DNA of 64,000 nt from Mobula hypostoma (taxonomy: Eukaryota), in the NCBI RefSeq assembly GCF_963921235.1, contig NC_086097.1, positions 136,898,001 through 136,962,000 of the forward strand. Direction: 5' to 3'. The notes beneath the pieces were generated by a model that saw only the letters and a list, made by a program, of their open reading frames with translations, made no database searches and was not told the origin of the DNA. Of the stretch, positions 13,001 to 26,886 are shown one piece after another. Each line of letters opens with the position of its first letter. Within the stretch, counting starts at the first letter, position 1. The translations under genes were made by a program, and so were the position numbers.

Positions 13001-16000
13001 GACTCTTGGACAATGAACCAAACACTTCATTGGTTAAAACATATTTTGAGAAGGTGAAAATTGTTCTAGGAATGAAGTACCTTTTAACATCCTGTCCCCA
13101 CCTGTAGTATGAAGGTGATGGTCAAACCAGAAACTAATTGGTAGAAGTGAGTTATATTGATATGTAGTTACACCATAGAACATAGGGGGGTTGAATATGA
13201 ATTATTTTTGTTTGGAAATTCTAAGTGCTCAGGATAATTTTAACATAAGCCCAGCAATAGTGATGTCATTGAGTGAGCTTGGCAGCTAATCTCCAAATAA
13301 ATCTCAAATGGCAAATACAATTTTAACAAACATTTTATGTCTTATAGAGCACAATGTAAAGATTGGATCATGCATAAGATTCAGATAATTCTGTTAAGAT
13401 CAAATTAAATTAAAATGCTTCAAATATTAGTCATTTGAGGGAATGAGTATCTAAGGTAAAATATTTTCTCAGGCCTACAGGGGTTGTTAAGCAGTAACTG
13501 TGGCTTGGAATGCTAAAACTCACCTTTTTGCAATGAGGGTGATTAATAAGTACCTGAAATTTGTATTGTCACTTTTTCTACCCGAAGAATAGTGTGAAAC
13601 AACATTCTGTCTAATCTATTGGTAGTTTAGCACAATACCAATTTGCCTCAGAGATGTTTCATTGGTAGCTTTCAAAAATCAACCTACTTTAACACCTGAA
13701 CCAATATGCTTCAGATATTGCCAATAAGCACTAATGTTCTTTTGCCACCTATTCAGAACAAGTGAATGGTAAATTCATCTGACTCAAATGTTTGCATAAC
13801 CTTTTTTAAACACCACAATATGTTTTCCTTCAGATTCCAAACTGTGTTTAGTAAGTAGGCTAAACTCCAATTGCTGCAATCAAGAGTAGATGTTGTTATG
13901 GATTCCCCTAATATCTTGTGCCATGTACAGCTTTGATGTACAACCTGTACTGCTGATAACTTGCCAAGTTTCTTTCCTAAGTTTCAAGGGCATAGAATGT
14001 CGTGTGGTGAAAAGTCATCATCTTTATTGTCTGTGAATTTTTCAGTCCATGTTGTTCAGTAATGAATAGTGTCACTGTCTGCCAAATCTGATCTGAATAT
14101 CAATTTTATATGTTTTGTTCATGCAGTTGATCTTGATTCCTAACTCACACCAACACAGTGTTCGGCTCAACAAAGGGTCAACATTTTCAATGCCAGCTTT
14201 GTAATATACAAATAGTGGTTGCATTTACTCTTAGCATCTCATTTGAGAGAAATAATACACCTTGTAATTGTTACCCCAGGTTGATAATCAGCAAGACGTT
14301 TCCTATTCAGTGTGTACTAGGTTTGCAAGCAACAGTTTGTGTGAAGTTTTCTACTGTAACCCAAAGAGGATCATTCCACCCTTTGTATCGTTGAGTGCTT
14401 TCAGGACATTGCTGTCATCCCTGACATTAATCAAACTGTTAGGTGAGCACCAGTCCTCTTGTTTGCATTTGCTGAGACTCTTGGGAATATGAGCAGATGT
14501 CAAAGGAAGGTCTCATTTAGACAGAACAGAATCAGACAAGGCTGTTTGACTTTTCTTACATCTGATTATGACAGCAGTTGAAATTAACTTAATGATAATG
14601 CAGCCCTTCCGTTTTCAGATATGGATGGTTTATGCTTGTCAGTCAAGGAGAATTTTTCTGTAAGTTTCTCAAAATCACCTTGCAGTAATTAGATTTATCA
14701 AATGCCTTTCTTGTATATTAACTATTGGCCTCTGTAAACCACCATATGTTTACAACATTTGTGAATGCCATTCCGCATAGTTGTACTGGCTCAGACCAGT
14801 CCCTTTTAGACATGAGATTTACAGCATGCTATTTTACTTGGAGACTGCTTCTAATGCTATTTCTTTTAAGACTAAATCCAACAAGACATCACTGTATAGT
14901 AATCTATCCAGCCCACCCACAGTACATGGGAACCTGAAGCAATAGAAATATGGTTGAAACATAAAACCTTTGTGACTTACACGTTAAAAATTTTTATGCT
15001 GGTCAGTCGATGACACTCGAGAGCTTTTTTGTTATAGCCAGAGTTAATTATTCAGAAAGACTTATGAGAACCAATTTCAGTGAAAGAGACTGTCAAAGGT
15101 GCTGGGTTTCAAGTGAGGAAGCTTGGTCTTTCCTCTCAAGTGGATATTTAAAAAACAACAAGGTTATTCTCTCTGGGCAATATTTATTCCTAAGTCAAGT
15201 ACAAGTTTAATTGTCATTCAACCATACATGAATGAAGCCAAATGAAACAGTATTACGCCAGGGCCAAGGTGCAAAACACAGTACCAATAGTTATACACAG
15301 CACAAGGCAAATATAGCACATATAAGATAGCGGTAAAATACAGTCACACAAAAAAATATATAGCTCAAGTCCCTGCGTCCACCAATGTTGCAGCAGTCTG
15401 CAGTCGAACATAATATGGCTTGTCTTCTACCGAGCGAACTTCGGGGGCAGCACTGACTCCAGCATTCTGGCGGAGCACACCAAATCAAATGCTTAGTTCC
15501 TGGCAGGTTGTAAACAGGCAACACAGTCACTTGGGGCCTAGTCCACCGCCATGCGCCAATAAACCAGTGAATCAGACTCTCATCATTCCACCTTAGCAAT
15601 GTCCAACAGGGTCTTGTAAACACGAGAAAAGTGACTAAGACCATCACTCGCTATTAGACTGCACCGTGTCTTCATGCACTGACTCCTCCAATGCCTCTCT
15701 AACACAGGCAGCAGCACAGTCCACACTAAATCCAGCTCCTCCAGTTTATCCGCCAGTGAGAACTTACTGATGAAGTAGACCTGCAGAACTTTAAGTTCTT
15801 AATGTCCGACAGTGTCTTACAATCATAAAAAATACATTTAAAAAAGACAGTTAGACAAAATCAATATGACAAAGACAATAGGTCACTAGCACTAAAGAAT
15901 AAATGATCAGGTTATTGTCATATGGCTTTTGAAGTGAACTGCATTCTTTGCATATCAATTTTTATTAAATTCAATGTTAAATTACACAAAAACAATGTGT

Positions 16001-16049
16001 ATTTAAATATTTGCATGGTTATGCTGATGTATGGATTTAAGTACATACA

Positions 16050-17136
16050 TTTGCAGTGGATATGTGGTATATGGATCTTAGAAAGGCATTTGACAAGGTT
16101 CCCCATGGTAGGCTCATACAGAAAGTCAAGGCATGGGGTCCATGAAAGCTTGTCTCTGTGCTTTTGGCATTGACTTGCCCACAGATGGCAGAGGTTGGTA
16201 GTGGACAGAGTGTTTTCTGTCTGGACTGGTGGTGTTCCACAGGATTTATTTTGTTGTGGTTTTCATAAATGATTTGTATGAGGAGATGGAAGGGTAGGCT
16301 AATAAACTTGCAGATGTCATGAAGGTTGGATGTGTTGTGGATAGTTTGAAAGGTTGTTGTAGGTTACACCGGATGGAGACATGGGCAGAGAATTAGTAGG
16401 TGGAAGTGAAGGCAGAGTACAAGGTTAGTGGCAGGTTTCTTAACAGTGTGGAAGAACAGAGGGATCTTGGGGTCCAAATCCACAGGTCTCTCGAAGTTGC
16501 TAGGCAAGTTGATAGGGTGGTTAAGAAGACGATGGTGTTTTTGCCTTCATTAGTTTGGGGGATCAAGTTCAAAAGTATTGAGCTCAAAAGCATTGAGCGC
16601 TTTAAAACTCCATTTAGACCACACTTAGAGTATTGTGTTCAGTTCTGGTTGCCTCATTATAGGAAGGATGGAGATGTACCAGGATGCTGCCTGGATTAGA
16701 GGTTACAGGAAAGCTTTAGCAAGCTAGGGCTTTTCTTCTTGAAGTGACAGAGGATGGGAGGTGACTTGAATCGAGGTGTGTAAGATTATGAGAGACATAA
16801 ATAGAATGGACAGCCACAACCTTTTTACCAATGTAGCAGTAGCCAATACCAGAGGACATCCGTTTAAGGTGAGTGGAGGAAAGTTTAGCGGAGATGTCAG
16901 GGGTAGGTTTTGTACATAGAATGATGGGTGCCAGGAACGTTCTGCAGAGGGTGGTGATACAACAGGGACATTTAAAAGACTCTTAGATAGATACATGGAT
17001 GTAAGGAGAATGGAGATTTATGGAGTTAAAGAGGGAAGGGGTTAGATTGTTTGTGGAGTAGGTTTGTATAGAATGGCATAACATCGTGGGCCAAAGGGCC
17101 CATATTGTGCTGTGCTGTACTGTTCTATGTTCTATG
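16050..17136 (+). mobile_element. Degenerate CR1 fragment
   Basis: [18 protein letters not shown]; tail (TTCTATG)2. Confidence 0.85.
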
Positions 17137-17379
17137 TAAATATTTCCACTCATTCTCACACTTGACAATACTGCAAGGAAGGTTTTGCTTTAATCTTGAT
17201 CATTCAGATCCACTGAAGCAACCCTGACATTACATTTAATGCGAGGATTGGTTCTTTGGCGGGTTATCAGCTTCTTCAGAAACTAGTCAGGGCTGACGTT
17301 TATGCTTTGCTTCATCACAGTCTTATTCTTTGGTGTACTTATCTGCCCCCCTCCCCCATTGAGTATCCATGCTATGTGT

Positions 17380-17592
17380 CTTGGATACTCCCATTGGTGG
17401 GTAGCCTATCACTCTTTGGTCTTCTCGCCTACCCCTCTACCCCACCCCCACAACAGCTTTTTATTCTAGCTTCTGCCCTTTTCATTTCCAGTTCTGATGA
17501 ATGGTCTCAGCCTGAAGTGTCAACGTTTTATTTCTCTCCATAGTTTCTGCCTGACCTGCTGTGTTCCTTCAGCATTTTGTGTGTGTTGCTCT
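17380..17592 (+). mobile_element. Penelope-like terminal fragment
   Basis: CAGTTCTGATGAA..GAAG hammerhead relic followed by the shared ..CAGCATTTTGTGTGTG terminus. Confidence 0.6.
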
Positions 17593-18124
17593 TTGGGCAA
17601 AGACGTTGAACTGGTTTGTATTAGCCTCTACTTTTTGAGTGGCTCTATACATTTAGTGTTCGTCTATTAAAAGCACAGACTTTTACATTAATACGTTTGG
17701 TGACCCATAGCAGGTGGTGGCCCAGAAATTCAGGCAGCCATGAGAAGGGATGAGAATAAGGTGCAGTCCTACCCCAAGTGGCATTTTTATCCCGGTTTAC
17801 ACAGAATAAAAACTACATCTCAATGCATCTCAAATTACGACCTCACTCCACCCAGAGCTAGATAACACTGTCAAGTGCTTATTCCAATGCAAATACTTTT
17901 AACTTCTAAAACAGTTGAGGGGGAAAATTAGTCAACTGAGGTGTAGGAGAACCTACGCCTGTGCTGAGAGTGTTTCCTGGCCAGAGTGCAAAATGCTGTG
18001 AATTGCAAGTAGGTAGACCTTTGATTGCTAATTCTGAACGAGTATACGTTGAGCAAAATGTCCTGCTGACGGTGGCTAAGCAAGTTGGCTCTGTGCTCCT
18101 TGAAGAATGAAGAGTGGTCTTACT

Positions 18125-19565
18125 CAGAGTCATTGAGCAATGTAGCATAGATACAGGCTGCTCACCCCAAAGAGTTGATGTCGACCACAGTGCCCAGCCA
18201 GCTAGTCCCAAATTCTTTTACAAGTCCTACCACTATCCCACCAAATCCACGCCTTCATGTACCTCTCCAAGTGCTTCTTGAATGATGCTATTGTTCTTAC
18301 CTCAACCACTTCCTCTAGCAGTTCATTGCATGTACTCACCACCTTCTGCATGAAAAGGTCGCCCCTCAGGTCCTATTTAAATCTTTCTGCTCTCACCCTA
18401 AATCTGTGGCCCTGTTTTTGGACTCCCCTACACTGGGGAAAAGATCATTAATGTCCATCAAATCTACGCCTGTTGTAATTTTAACCATGTCTCGAAGGAT
18501 ACCCCTCATTCTGTGTTTCAAGGAATAAAGGCCTATCCTGGCCAATCTCTCTCTATAACTCAGACCTTCTAGTCCCCACAGCATCCTTGTAAATCAGTTT
18601 TACACTCTTTCCATTTTAATCACATCTTTTCCATAACAGTGAGACTATTACTATACATAGTAGTCCAAGTGTAACCTCATTAATGACACACGTAACTGAA
18701 ACTTAATGTCTCAACCCCTAAACTCAGAACCCTGACTGACAAAGGCCAGTGTATCTAATGCATCTTTCACCACCCTGTCTACCTGTGACACTGCTTTCAA
18801 TGAACTCCCTCCCTCCATTCCATTACACTCTCCAGTGTCCTATCATTGCTGGGATAAGTTTGGTGTAACTTCCCAAAAGGCATCACCTCACATTTACTGA
18901 AATAAATTTGCAACTCCTCGGCCTGCTTCCCCAACTGATCAATATCCCCTTATAATCTGCATTAACTTTCTTCAGTATCAACACCTGCTAAGCTTGTGTC
19001 ATCTGCAAGGTTACTCTTCAAGCCTTGTACATTTGCATCCGTCATTTATATATATTGACAAGGGTCCCGACACCGAACCCTGTCACCGGCCTCCATTCTG
19101 AGAAACAGCCTTCAACCACAAACAAGAGAAAATCTACAGATGCTGGAAATCTGAGCAACACGCAAAATGCTGGAGGAACTCAGCAAGCCAGGCAGCATCT
19201 ATGGAAAAGAGAACATTCGATGTTTCGGGCCAAGACCCTTCAACCTCTGCTTCTTACCTCTAAGAAAATTTTGAATCCATCAAACTCGTCCCCATAGATT
19301 CCATGAAACCTAACCTTCCAGACCAGCCTGCTAAGTGGGACCTTGTCTGAGATCTTGCTAAAGTCCAACAAGATAATGTTCAATGTCCTACCCTTGTATA
19401 CCTTTTTGGTTACTTCTTTGGAAAAACTCTAAAAGTTTTGTCAAGCATTTTCTGCACACAAAGCCATGTTGACTCCTCTTAATCATACTCTATCTATCCA
19501 AGTGTTGATAGGCCCAGTCACTCAGAATCTTCCGGATGATGTTAGGCTCACCGGCCTGTGGTTCC
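18125..19565 (-). mobile_element. Degenerate CR1 fragment containing a Penelope-like piece at about 19118-19243
   Basis: GLSYRERLARIGLYSL and other RT remnants; insert carries the CAAAATGCTGGAGGAACTCAGC terminus. Confidence 0.7.
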
Positions 19566-19956
19566 CTAATGAAAGCATATAGGATCCAGAGTGCGGATGG
19601 CAGTGTAGATGTCAAGATGGTTTCTCTAGTGGGACAGTCTCAAACAAGGGACACAGTTATAAGATAAAGAGACAGTCATTTAAAACCATGGTATAGAGAA
19701 ATTTGTTCCTGCAGAGGTGGTAAAGGCCAGATTATCAAGAGTATGTAATGTGGAAGCAGGTAAAATTTTAGAAGATCAGAGAACCAATGACTATGTAGGA
19801 CAGACACAGAAATAGAACTGAGGCCAGCTTTCATCAGCAATGAATGTGAATGGAAGGGCAGGCTTGAGAACCTGGTGGCCTACTCCTCCTATTTTCATGG
19901 TGTTCTTGTAATGCTAAATTTTAGGCATTAAAGACAAGAGGATCATTTCAATGGTA

Positions 19957-20619
19957 TGAAACACCCTGGCTTCCTTGGCTGCAGAAGTCTCGGGAAGACG
20001 ACCTCCAGCCCCGCCAAACTCCTGAGATTGAGGCGCAGTCGATCCCAGCCCAAACCCCGGTTTGTGTGGATGCTGTGTCGTTTGCTACCCTGTTACAAAT
20101 TAATACCACAAAGTAACAGATAGTACACTGCATACCATTAAAGGAATTATATTTATGAATCTTAACTAAAGGGTTACTAAAGAATAACAAAAAGAAAAGG
20201 GCCCATTCTAATTAAGCAGTCAGATGTGCACAAGTTGGAGTTCATCTTGAGCTCTGTGTTACTCAACATGCTGGGCCCTCGGTCAACGTGAAAGCACACA
20301 CCACCTTCTGAAAGTCGCTCGCAATCCATCTCGAACCAACAGGTCTCCCAGTGGATTGTATGCTACGACCGGTTCTCCCCAGCGTCTTCTCTCTTCATCT
20401 CAGCTCGAGCAAAAGCTCCTAGCCCAACCTTAGTGTCCCTCACCAGAGAAACCTCCCCTTAGTCCGACCCTCCTAACTGGATGGCACACATTTCTCCTCA
20501 TCTCTTATCTTCAACAATACCTGTAACCCAAACATAAGCTGAAAAGAAGCAGCTCTCACAGAACAGCACAAAATGAAATGCATACAGCATAACAGTAAAA
20601 TATGAACCAGGGCACTACG
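19957..20619 (-). mobile_element. Solo LTR (663 bp) with 4-bp TSD GGTA
   Basis: TGAAACACCCTGG...CCAGGGCACTACG imperfect terminal inverted repeat; GGTA at 19953-19956 and 20620-20623; strand uncertain. Confidence 0.7.
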
Positions 20620-20816
20620 GGTAAATCTAAATTTTGTCCGTTCTGTTTTTCTCTAAGTATTTTATGGTGTATTATTTTGTTTTGTGTTTACAAAATTACA
20701 AACATTATTTTCAATGTGGCAAAGTCAAACCAGTGTTGAACTTACACTATAAGTCAAATTCAAATCAAATTTTTTTGAATTTGATTTGATAAGTTGTTGG
20801 TGAAGCCACACTTGGA

Positions 20817-23800
20817 TCGCGCAAGGCCACTGGGAAGATCTAAAAAGCGAGGAGTTTCTTTCAGCAGGAGATTCGATTGGGAGAAGTGCACAGGCACGAT
20901 AGCTCATCATCACGCAAGGCCACTGGGAAGATTTAAAAAGCGAGGAGTTTCTTTCAGGGGGAGATTCGATTGGGAGAAGTGCACAGATGCAGTAGCTTGT
21001 CATCACGCAAGGCCACTGGGAAGATTTAAAAAGCGAGGAGTTTCTTTCAGCGGGAGATTCGATTGGGAGAAGTGCACAGATGCAGTAGCTTGTCATCACG
21101 CAAGGCCACTGGGAAGATTTAAAAAGCGAGGAGTTTCTTTCAGCGGGAGATTCGATTGGGAGAAGTGCACAGGCACAATAGCTCATCATCACGCAAGGCC
21201 ACTGGGAAGGTTCCGGGATAAAAGAGAGACACTGCCTAGCGGAGCAGTCGTTGGAGTGGCATGAGTCAGAGTAGTAGGACTTTGGCAAGGTAAGGCGGTA
21301 AGTTACTCTCATATCTCTTTTTTTTCGTCTAATTTAAGAATAGTGGGTATGATTGCAAGGCCAATTTTCTGCTCTGGGTGTCAGGTGTGGGCTATCCGGA
21401 ATACTTCCAGCCTCCCTAATGGCCTCATTGGCGGCAGGTGCATCGAGCTGCAGCTCATTAGAAACCGACTGAGGGAATTGGAACTGCAGCTCGATGACTT
21501 TCGGCTTGTCAGGGAATTTAAGGAGGTGATCGATAGGAGCTACACGCAGGTAATCACACTGGGGCCAAAAGAGACAGATAAGTGGGTGAATGTCAGGAGA
21601 GGGAAGGGAGAGCATCAGGTAGTGGAGAGCACCCCTGTGACTGTCCTCCTTAACAATGAGTACTCTATTTTGAATACTGTTGGAGAGGGGGAACTGAGAG
21701 TGGCCGCGCTTCTGGCCCTGTGGCCCAGAAGGGCAGGGGACAGAAGAGGATGGCAGCAGTAATAGGGGACTCTATAGTTAGGGGGACAGACAGGAAATAC
21801 TGTGAGCGTGAAAAAGAAACACAGATGGTAGTTCTTGGTGTTTCTGAACATGTCCACAATATCCTGAAATGGGGAGGGTAAGCAGCCAGAAACTATGGTA
21901 CACGTTGGTACCAATGACATAGATAGAAAAAGTGAGGAGGTCCTGAAAGCAGAATACAGGGAGTTAGGAAGGAAGCTGAGAAGCAGGACCTCAAGGGCAG
22001 TAATCCCATGACAGTGAGTATAGGAATATAATGAGCTGCTGGATAGAATGCGTGACTGAAGGATTGGAATGGGGGCGGGGATTCAGATTTCTGGATAATT
22101 GGGACCTCTTTTGGGGCTGGCGTGATCTGTTCAAAAAGGATGGGTTGCACTTGAATTCAAGGGGGACCAATATCCTGGTGGGGAGATATGTTAATGCTTT
22201 TGGGGAGGGTTTAAACTAGATTTGATTTGCAGAGGGGTGGGAACCGAAGTGAAGAGGCAGAGAATGGGGCAGTTGGCACACAAGTAGAGACAGCTTGTAG
22301 GGAGTTTGTGAGGAAGAATAGGCAGATGATAGAACAAAGACGCACTCAGTCTGATCTGTCAATTTTAATGCAAGGAGTATCATAAACAAGGTGGATGAAC
22401 TTAGAGCATGGATCAATATGTGGAACTATGACATTGAGGCCATGACAGAGATCTGGATGTCTCAGGGGCAGGAATGGCTGCTGAGTGTGCCAGGCTTTAG
22501 ATGTTTCAAAAAGGACAGGGAGGGAGGCAGGAGAGGTGGGGGAGAGGCATTGCTAATCAGGGATAGTGTCACAGCTGCGGAAAAGGAGGAAGTCTTGGAA
22601 GGATTACTTACTGTGTCAGTGTGAGTTGAAGTCGGAAACGGGAAGGGGGCAATAAGTCTACTGAGTATTTTTATAGACCCCCTCAATAGTAACAGGGACA
22701 TCGAGAGGCAGATTCTGGAACAGTGCAATGATAACAGGGTGGTTGTGATGGGAGATTTTAACTTTCTTAATATTGACTGTTATCTCCTTAGAGCAAGGGG
22801 CTTAGATAGGGTGGAGTTTGTTAGGTGTGTTCAGGAAGGTTTCCTAATGCAATATGTAGAGAAGCCAATTAGAAGAGAGGCTGTACTTGATCTCGTGTTG
22901 GGAAACAAACCTGGTTAGGTGTCAGAACTCTCGGTGGAAGAGCATTTTGGAGATCACAACTCTATCTCCTTTATCATAGCACTGAAGGGGGATAGGAGTA
23001 GACAATTTGGGAAAGCATTCAATGGGATAGGGGGAAATATGATGCTATTAGGCAGGAACTTGGGAGCATAAATTGGGAGCAGATGTTCTTAGTGAACACT
23101 TCAAGGACCATTTGCATGGCATTCTGCAGAGGTATGTTCCACTGAGGCAGAGAAAAGACTATAGGGTAAAAGAACCATGGTGTGAAAAGGATGTGCCGGG
23201 GGGGGGGGGGAATCTAGTTAAGAAGAAAGAAAAGCTTACAAAAGGTTCAAGAAACTAGGTACTGACAGAGTTCTAGAAAATTACAAGGTTGCCAGGAAGG
23301 ACCTTAAGAATAAAATTAGAAGAGCCAGAAGGGGCCATGAGAAAGCCAGGATTAAGGAAAACCCCAAGTCATTCAACAAGTATGTGAAGAGCAAGAGGAT
23401 GAGCCATGTGAGAATAGGATCAATCAGATGCGATAGTGGAAATGTGCATTGAGTTGAAGGAGGTAGTTGAGGTATTTAATGAATACTTTGCTTCAGTATT
23501 CACCAGGGAAAAGGATCTTGGTAACTGTGGGGATGACTTACAGCGGACTGAAATGCTTGAGCATATAGACATTAAGAAAGAAGATGTGCAGGAGCTTTCC
23601 AAAAGCATTTTTGAAAAGATAATTCACTGGGACTGGGCAAGATATACTCCAGGCTACTGTGGAAAGTGAAAGAGGAGATTGCTGAGCCCCTGGCGATGAT
23701 CTTTGCATCATCAATAAGGACGGGAGAACTACCAGATGATTGGAGGGTTGCAAATGTTGTTCCCGTGTTCAAGAAAGGGAGTAGAGATAACCCAGGAAAT

Positions 23801-25178
23801 TATAGACCAGTGAGTCTTACTTCAGTAGAAGGCAAGTTGTTGGAGAAGATCCTGAGAGGCAGGATTTGTGAGCATTTGGAGAGACATAATCTGATTAGGG
23901 ATAGTCAGCATGGCTTTGTCAAGGGTAGGTCATGCCTTATGAGCCTGATTGATTTCTTTGAGGATGTAACAAAACACATTGATGAAGGTAGAGCAGTAGA
24001 TGTAGTGTGTATAGATTTCAGTAAGGCACCTGATAAGGTACCCCATGCAAAGCTCATTCAGAAAATAAGCATGCATGGGATCCAAGCAGCCATTGCTTAG
24101 TGGATCCAGAATTGGCTTGCCCACAGAAGGTAAAGGGTGGTTGTAGATCGTTCGTATTCTGCATGTAGGTCAGTGACCAGTGGTATTCTGCAGGGATCTG
24201 TTCTGGGACCCCTCCTCTTAGTGATTTTTATAAATAACTTGGATGAGGAAGTAGAAGGGTGGGTTAGTAAGTTTGCTGATAACACAAAGTTGCGGGGGTT
24301 GTGGATAGTGTGGAGTGTTGTCAAAGGTTACAGCGGGACATCAATAGGATACAGAACTGGGCTGAGAAGTGGCAGATGGAGTTCAACCCAGATAAGTGTG
24401 AAGTGGTTCATTTTGGTAGGTCTAATTTGAAGACCGAATATAGTATTAATGGTAAGACTCTTGGCAGTGTGGAGGATCAGAGAGATCTTGGAGCTCGTGT
24501 CCATAGGACACTCAGAGCTGTTGCACAGGTTGACAGTGTTGTTAACAAAGTGTATGGTGTGATAGCCTTCATCAACCGTGGGATTGAGTTCAAGAGCCAT
24601 GAAGTAATGTTAAAGCTATACAAGACCTTGGTCAGACTCCACTTAGAATACTGTGTTCATTTCTGGTCACTTCACTACAGGAAGGCTGTGGATATTATAG
24701 AGAGAGTGCAGAGGAGATCTACAAGGATGTTGCCTGGATTGGGGAGCATGCCTTATGAGAATAGGTTGAGTGAACTTGGTCTTTTCTCCTTGGAGTGACG
24801 GAGGATGAGAGGTGACCTGATGGAGGTGTACAAGATGATGAGAGGCACTGATTGTGTGGATAGCCAGAGGCTTTTTTCCAGGGCTGAAATGGCTAACACG
24901 AGGGGGCATAGTTTTAAGGTACAGTACTTGGAAGTAGGTACTGAGGGGTAAGTTTTTCCACACAGAATGGTGGGTGCATAGAATACACTGCCAGCAGCGG
25001 TGGTAGAGGCAGATACAATAAAATCTTTTAGAGACTTTTGGATAGGTACACGGAGCTTAGAGAAATAGAGGGCTATGTGGTAAGGAAATTGTAAGCAGTT
25101 CCCAGAGTAGGTTACATAGTCGGCACAACATTGTGGGCCGAAGGGCTTGTAATGTGCTGTAGGTTTCCATGTTCTATG
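20817..25178 (+). mobile_element. Full-length but disrupted CR1 LINE: 5' tandem monomers, ORF1 (Cys motif, leucine zipper, SGNH esterase), ORF2 (APE + RT)
   Basis: ORF1 CSGCQVW..CIELQL..LRELELQL and DGLHLNS; APE AMTEIW and GDFN; RT NYRPVSL, GILQGSVLGP, FADN; TTCTATG tail; splits an older CR1 at LE|YCVQFW. Confidence 0.92.
20819..21209 (+). repeat. 93-bp tandem repeat, about 4.2 units, forming the CR1 5' UTR
   Basis: GCAAGGCCACTGGGAAG recurs at 20821, 20914, 21007, 21100 and 21193. Confidence 0.97.
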
Positions 25179-25627
25179 TACTGTGTACAGTTCTGGTTAC
25201 CTGTTACAGAAAGATGTAGTTAAACTGGAAAGAGTGCAGGAAAAAAAATACAAGGATGTTGCCAAAACTGAGTTATAAGGAGTAGAATGAGGGATAACTT
25301 ATAGAAATGTTTATAATTATGAGAGGCCTAGATAACAAGGTGGACAGTAGCATTCTTTTCCCCAGGGTTGTGGAGTCCAAAACTATCGGCGTAGATTTGG
25401 GGTGAGGAGGGAAAGATTTAAAAGGGACCCGAGCGGCGACTGTTCTATGCAGAGAGTGGCGAGTATATGCAACAAACTACCAGAGGAAGTAGTTGGGGCA
25501 GGTAGAATGGGTATCTGGAGGGGTGGTCTTAGAGGGATATGGGCCAAGCACAAGATATTGGGACTATGTGGGTAGGTAGTAATCGGTGCAAGCATGTATC
25601 CATCTGAATTGTTCTATGATTCTAATG
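25178..25627 (+). mobile_element. Older CR1 3' fragment (host of the 20817-25178 element; its 5' stub is 20795-20816)
   Basis: ttggtgaagccacacttgga + gtactgtgtacagttctgg rejoin to [13 protein letters not shown]. Confidence 0.8.
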
Positions 25628-26223
25628 TCAGCAGCAACACAACTCAAATGGTAAAGCTGCAGCCTAAGTTTTGGCTACAAGGAGGAAGAAGAGATTCAAT
25701 TATTTGTTCAAGGCTCTTGAAACAAATTCAGGTTTGTTTTATTTATTACATGTACATGGAAACATACAGTGAAATGTGTCATTTGTACCCACCAACACAG
25801 CCTAAGAATGTGCTGGGGGCTGTGAGCAAGTGTTGCCACACGTCCCGGCACTAACACAGCAACAATTTGAATGGTCAGGTAACTTTCTTTACCAAACAGT
25901 CATGCTTATAATTTAATTGGTATTCATGATTTCCCGTCCTGGAAGATGAAAAAGTGAATGTGCTACCTCACTACACAACTTTTTATATTGCCACTCAACT
26001 GGTTAAAATGTCTTAAGAGCTAAAAAGGAAATAGAACTCTGTGTGAGTTAGAGGAACAGAATTAAAGGATGTAAAGAAAATTTTGTGTGTAAGTTTTACC
26101 AATAAGAGATGCACTGAGCAAAACAAACTTGTTTGGGATTTTCAAATAATGGAATATTAGGGACATGATCTGTCCTATGCAGAGTTTAAAAGTTGATCTT
26201 ACTGGAATAAAAGGAAAAAAATC

Positions 26224-26886
26224 ATAGGTGTATTACCTCCTTTTGCTTATTAAAGTTACTTATTATTCGAAGTTCCAAAATCTGAATTTTTTTTTTACCG
26301 CTGACATGATGTCCCAAATGGAAAATTCCACAAGATGCTGGGAAGGTTCCCAGGCGATACACAGGTCCCTGTGCATCACAGACAGTTCTGAGAAGTGACC
26401 TCACGTATGTAATGAACAGAAGCTAATAGAAAACACTGCATGGAACAAAAAGTGAAGATCTCAATTGTGTGTTGAAGGAGTGAATTCATCAGTGTAAACA
26501 TATTTAAAGACATGTTGATCATGATACAAGCAAAGATCTATCACGATGAACTAGAAATTGGAAGTAATTCTGAATATTCAGCAGGCTGGTAGCAAAAGTT
26601 TAAGAAAAGGCATGACATATTAAATTTGTAATGATTTGTGGTGATGATGCATCTGCTGATCACAAAGCAACAGAGAAATTCATTGGTGTGTTTGCTAAGG
26701 TCATTGCAAATGAAAATCTAACATGCTGAATGGCTGTGTCAATACATGCATGATAAATATGTGTAAAACAAAGACTGCTGACAGGTCACACATAAAGTCA
26801 AAGTTGGAAATGACGGCGATCCCAAGCTATCTTGTTATATGTTCCAAAATCTGAAACACTTATGGCCCCAAGGAGTACTAAACCTA
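26224..26886 (+). mobile_element. Pogo/Tigger-family DNA transposon remnant (Tigger4/Zombi-like), internally deleted
   Basis: Remnant reading GW*QKFKKRH..CGDDASADHKATEKFIGVFAKVIANENLT (CENP-B HTH region); subterminal CCAAAATCTGAA near both ends. Confidence 0.65.

Noticed and set aside
20760..20789. 12-bp inverted repeat TCAAATCAAATT / AATTTGATTTGA
   Set aside because: Short, AT-rich and low complexity; no TSD or other support for function
20794..21264. 156-aa (+) and 195-aa (-) ORFs with 31-residue repeats; superficially CRISPR-like periodicity
   Set aside because: A by-product of a 93-bp unit divisible by three. The units are contiguous with no unique spacers and there are no cas genes.
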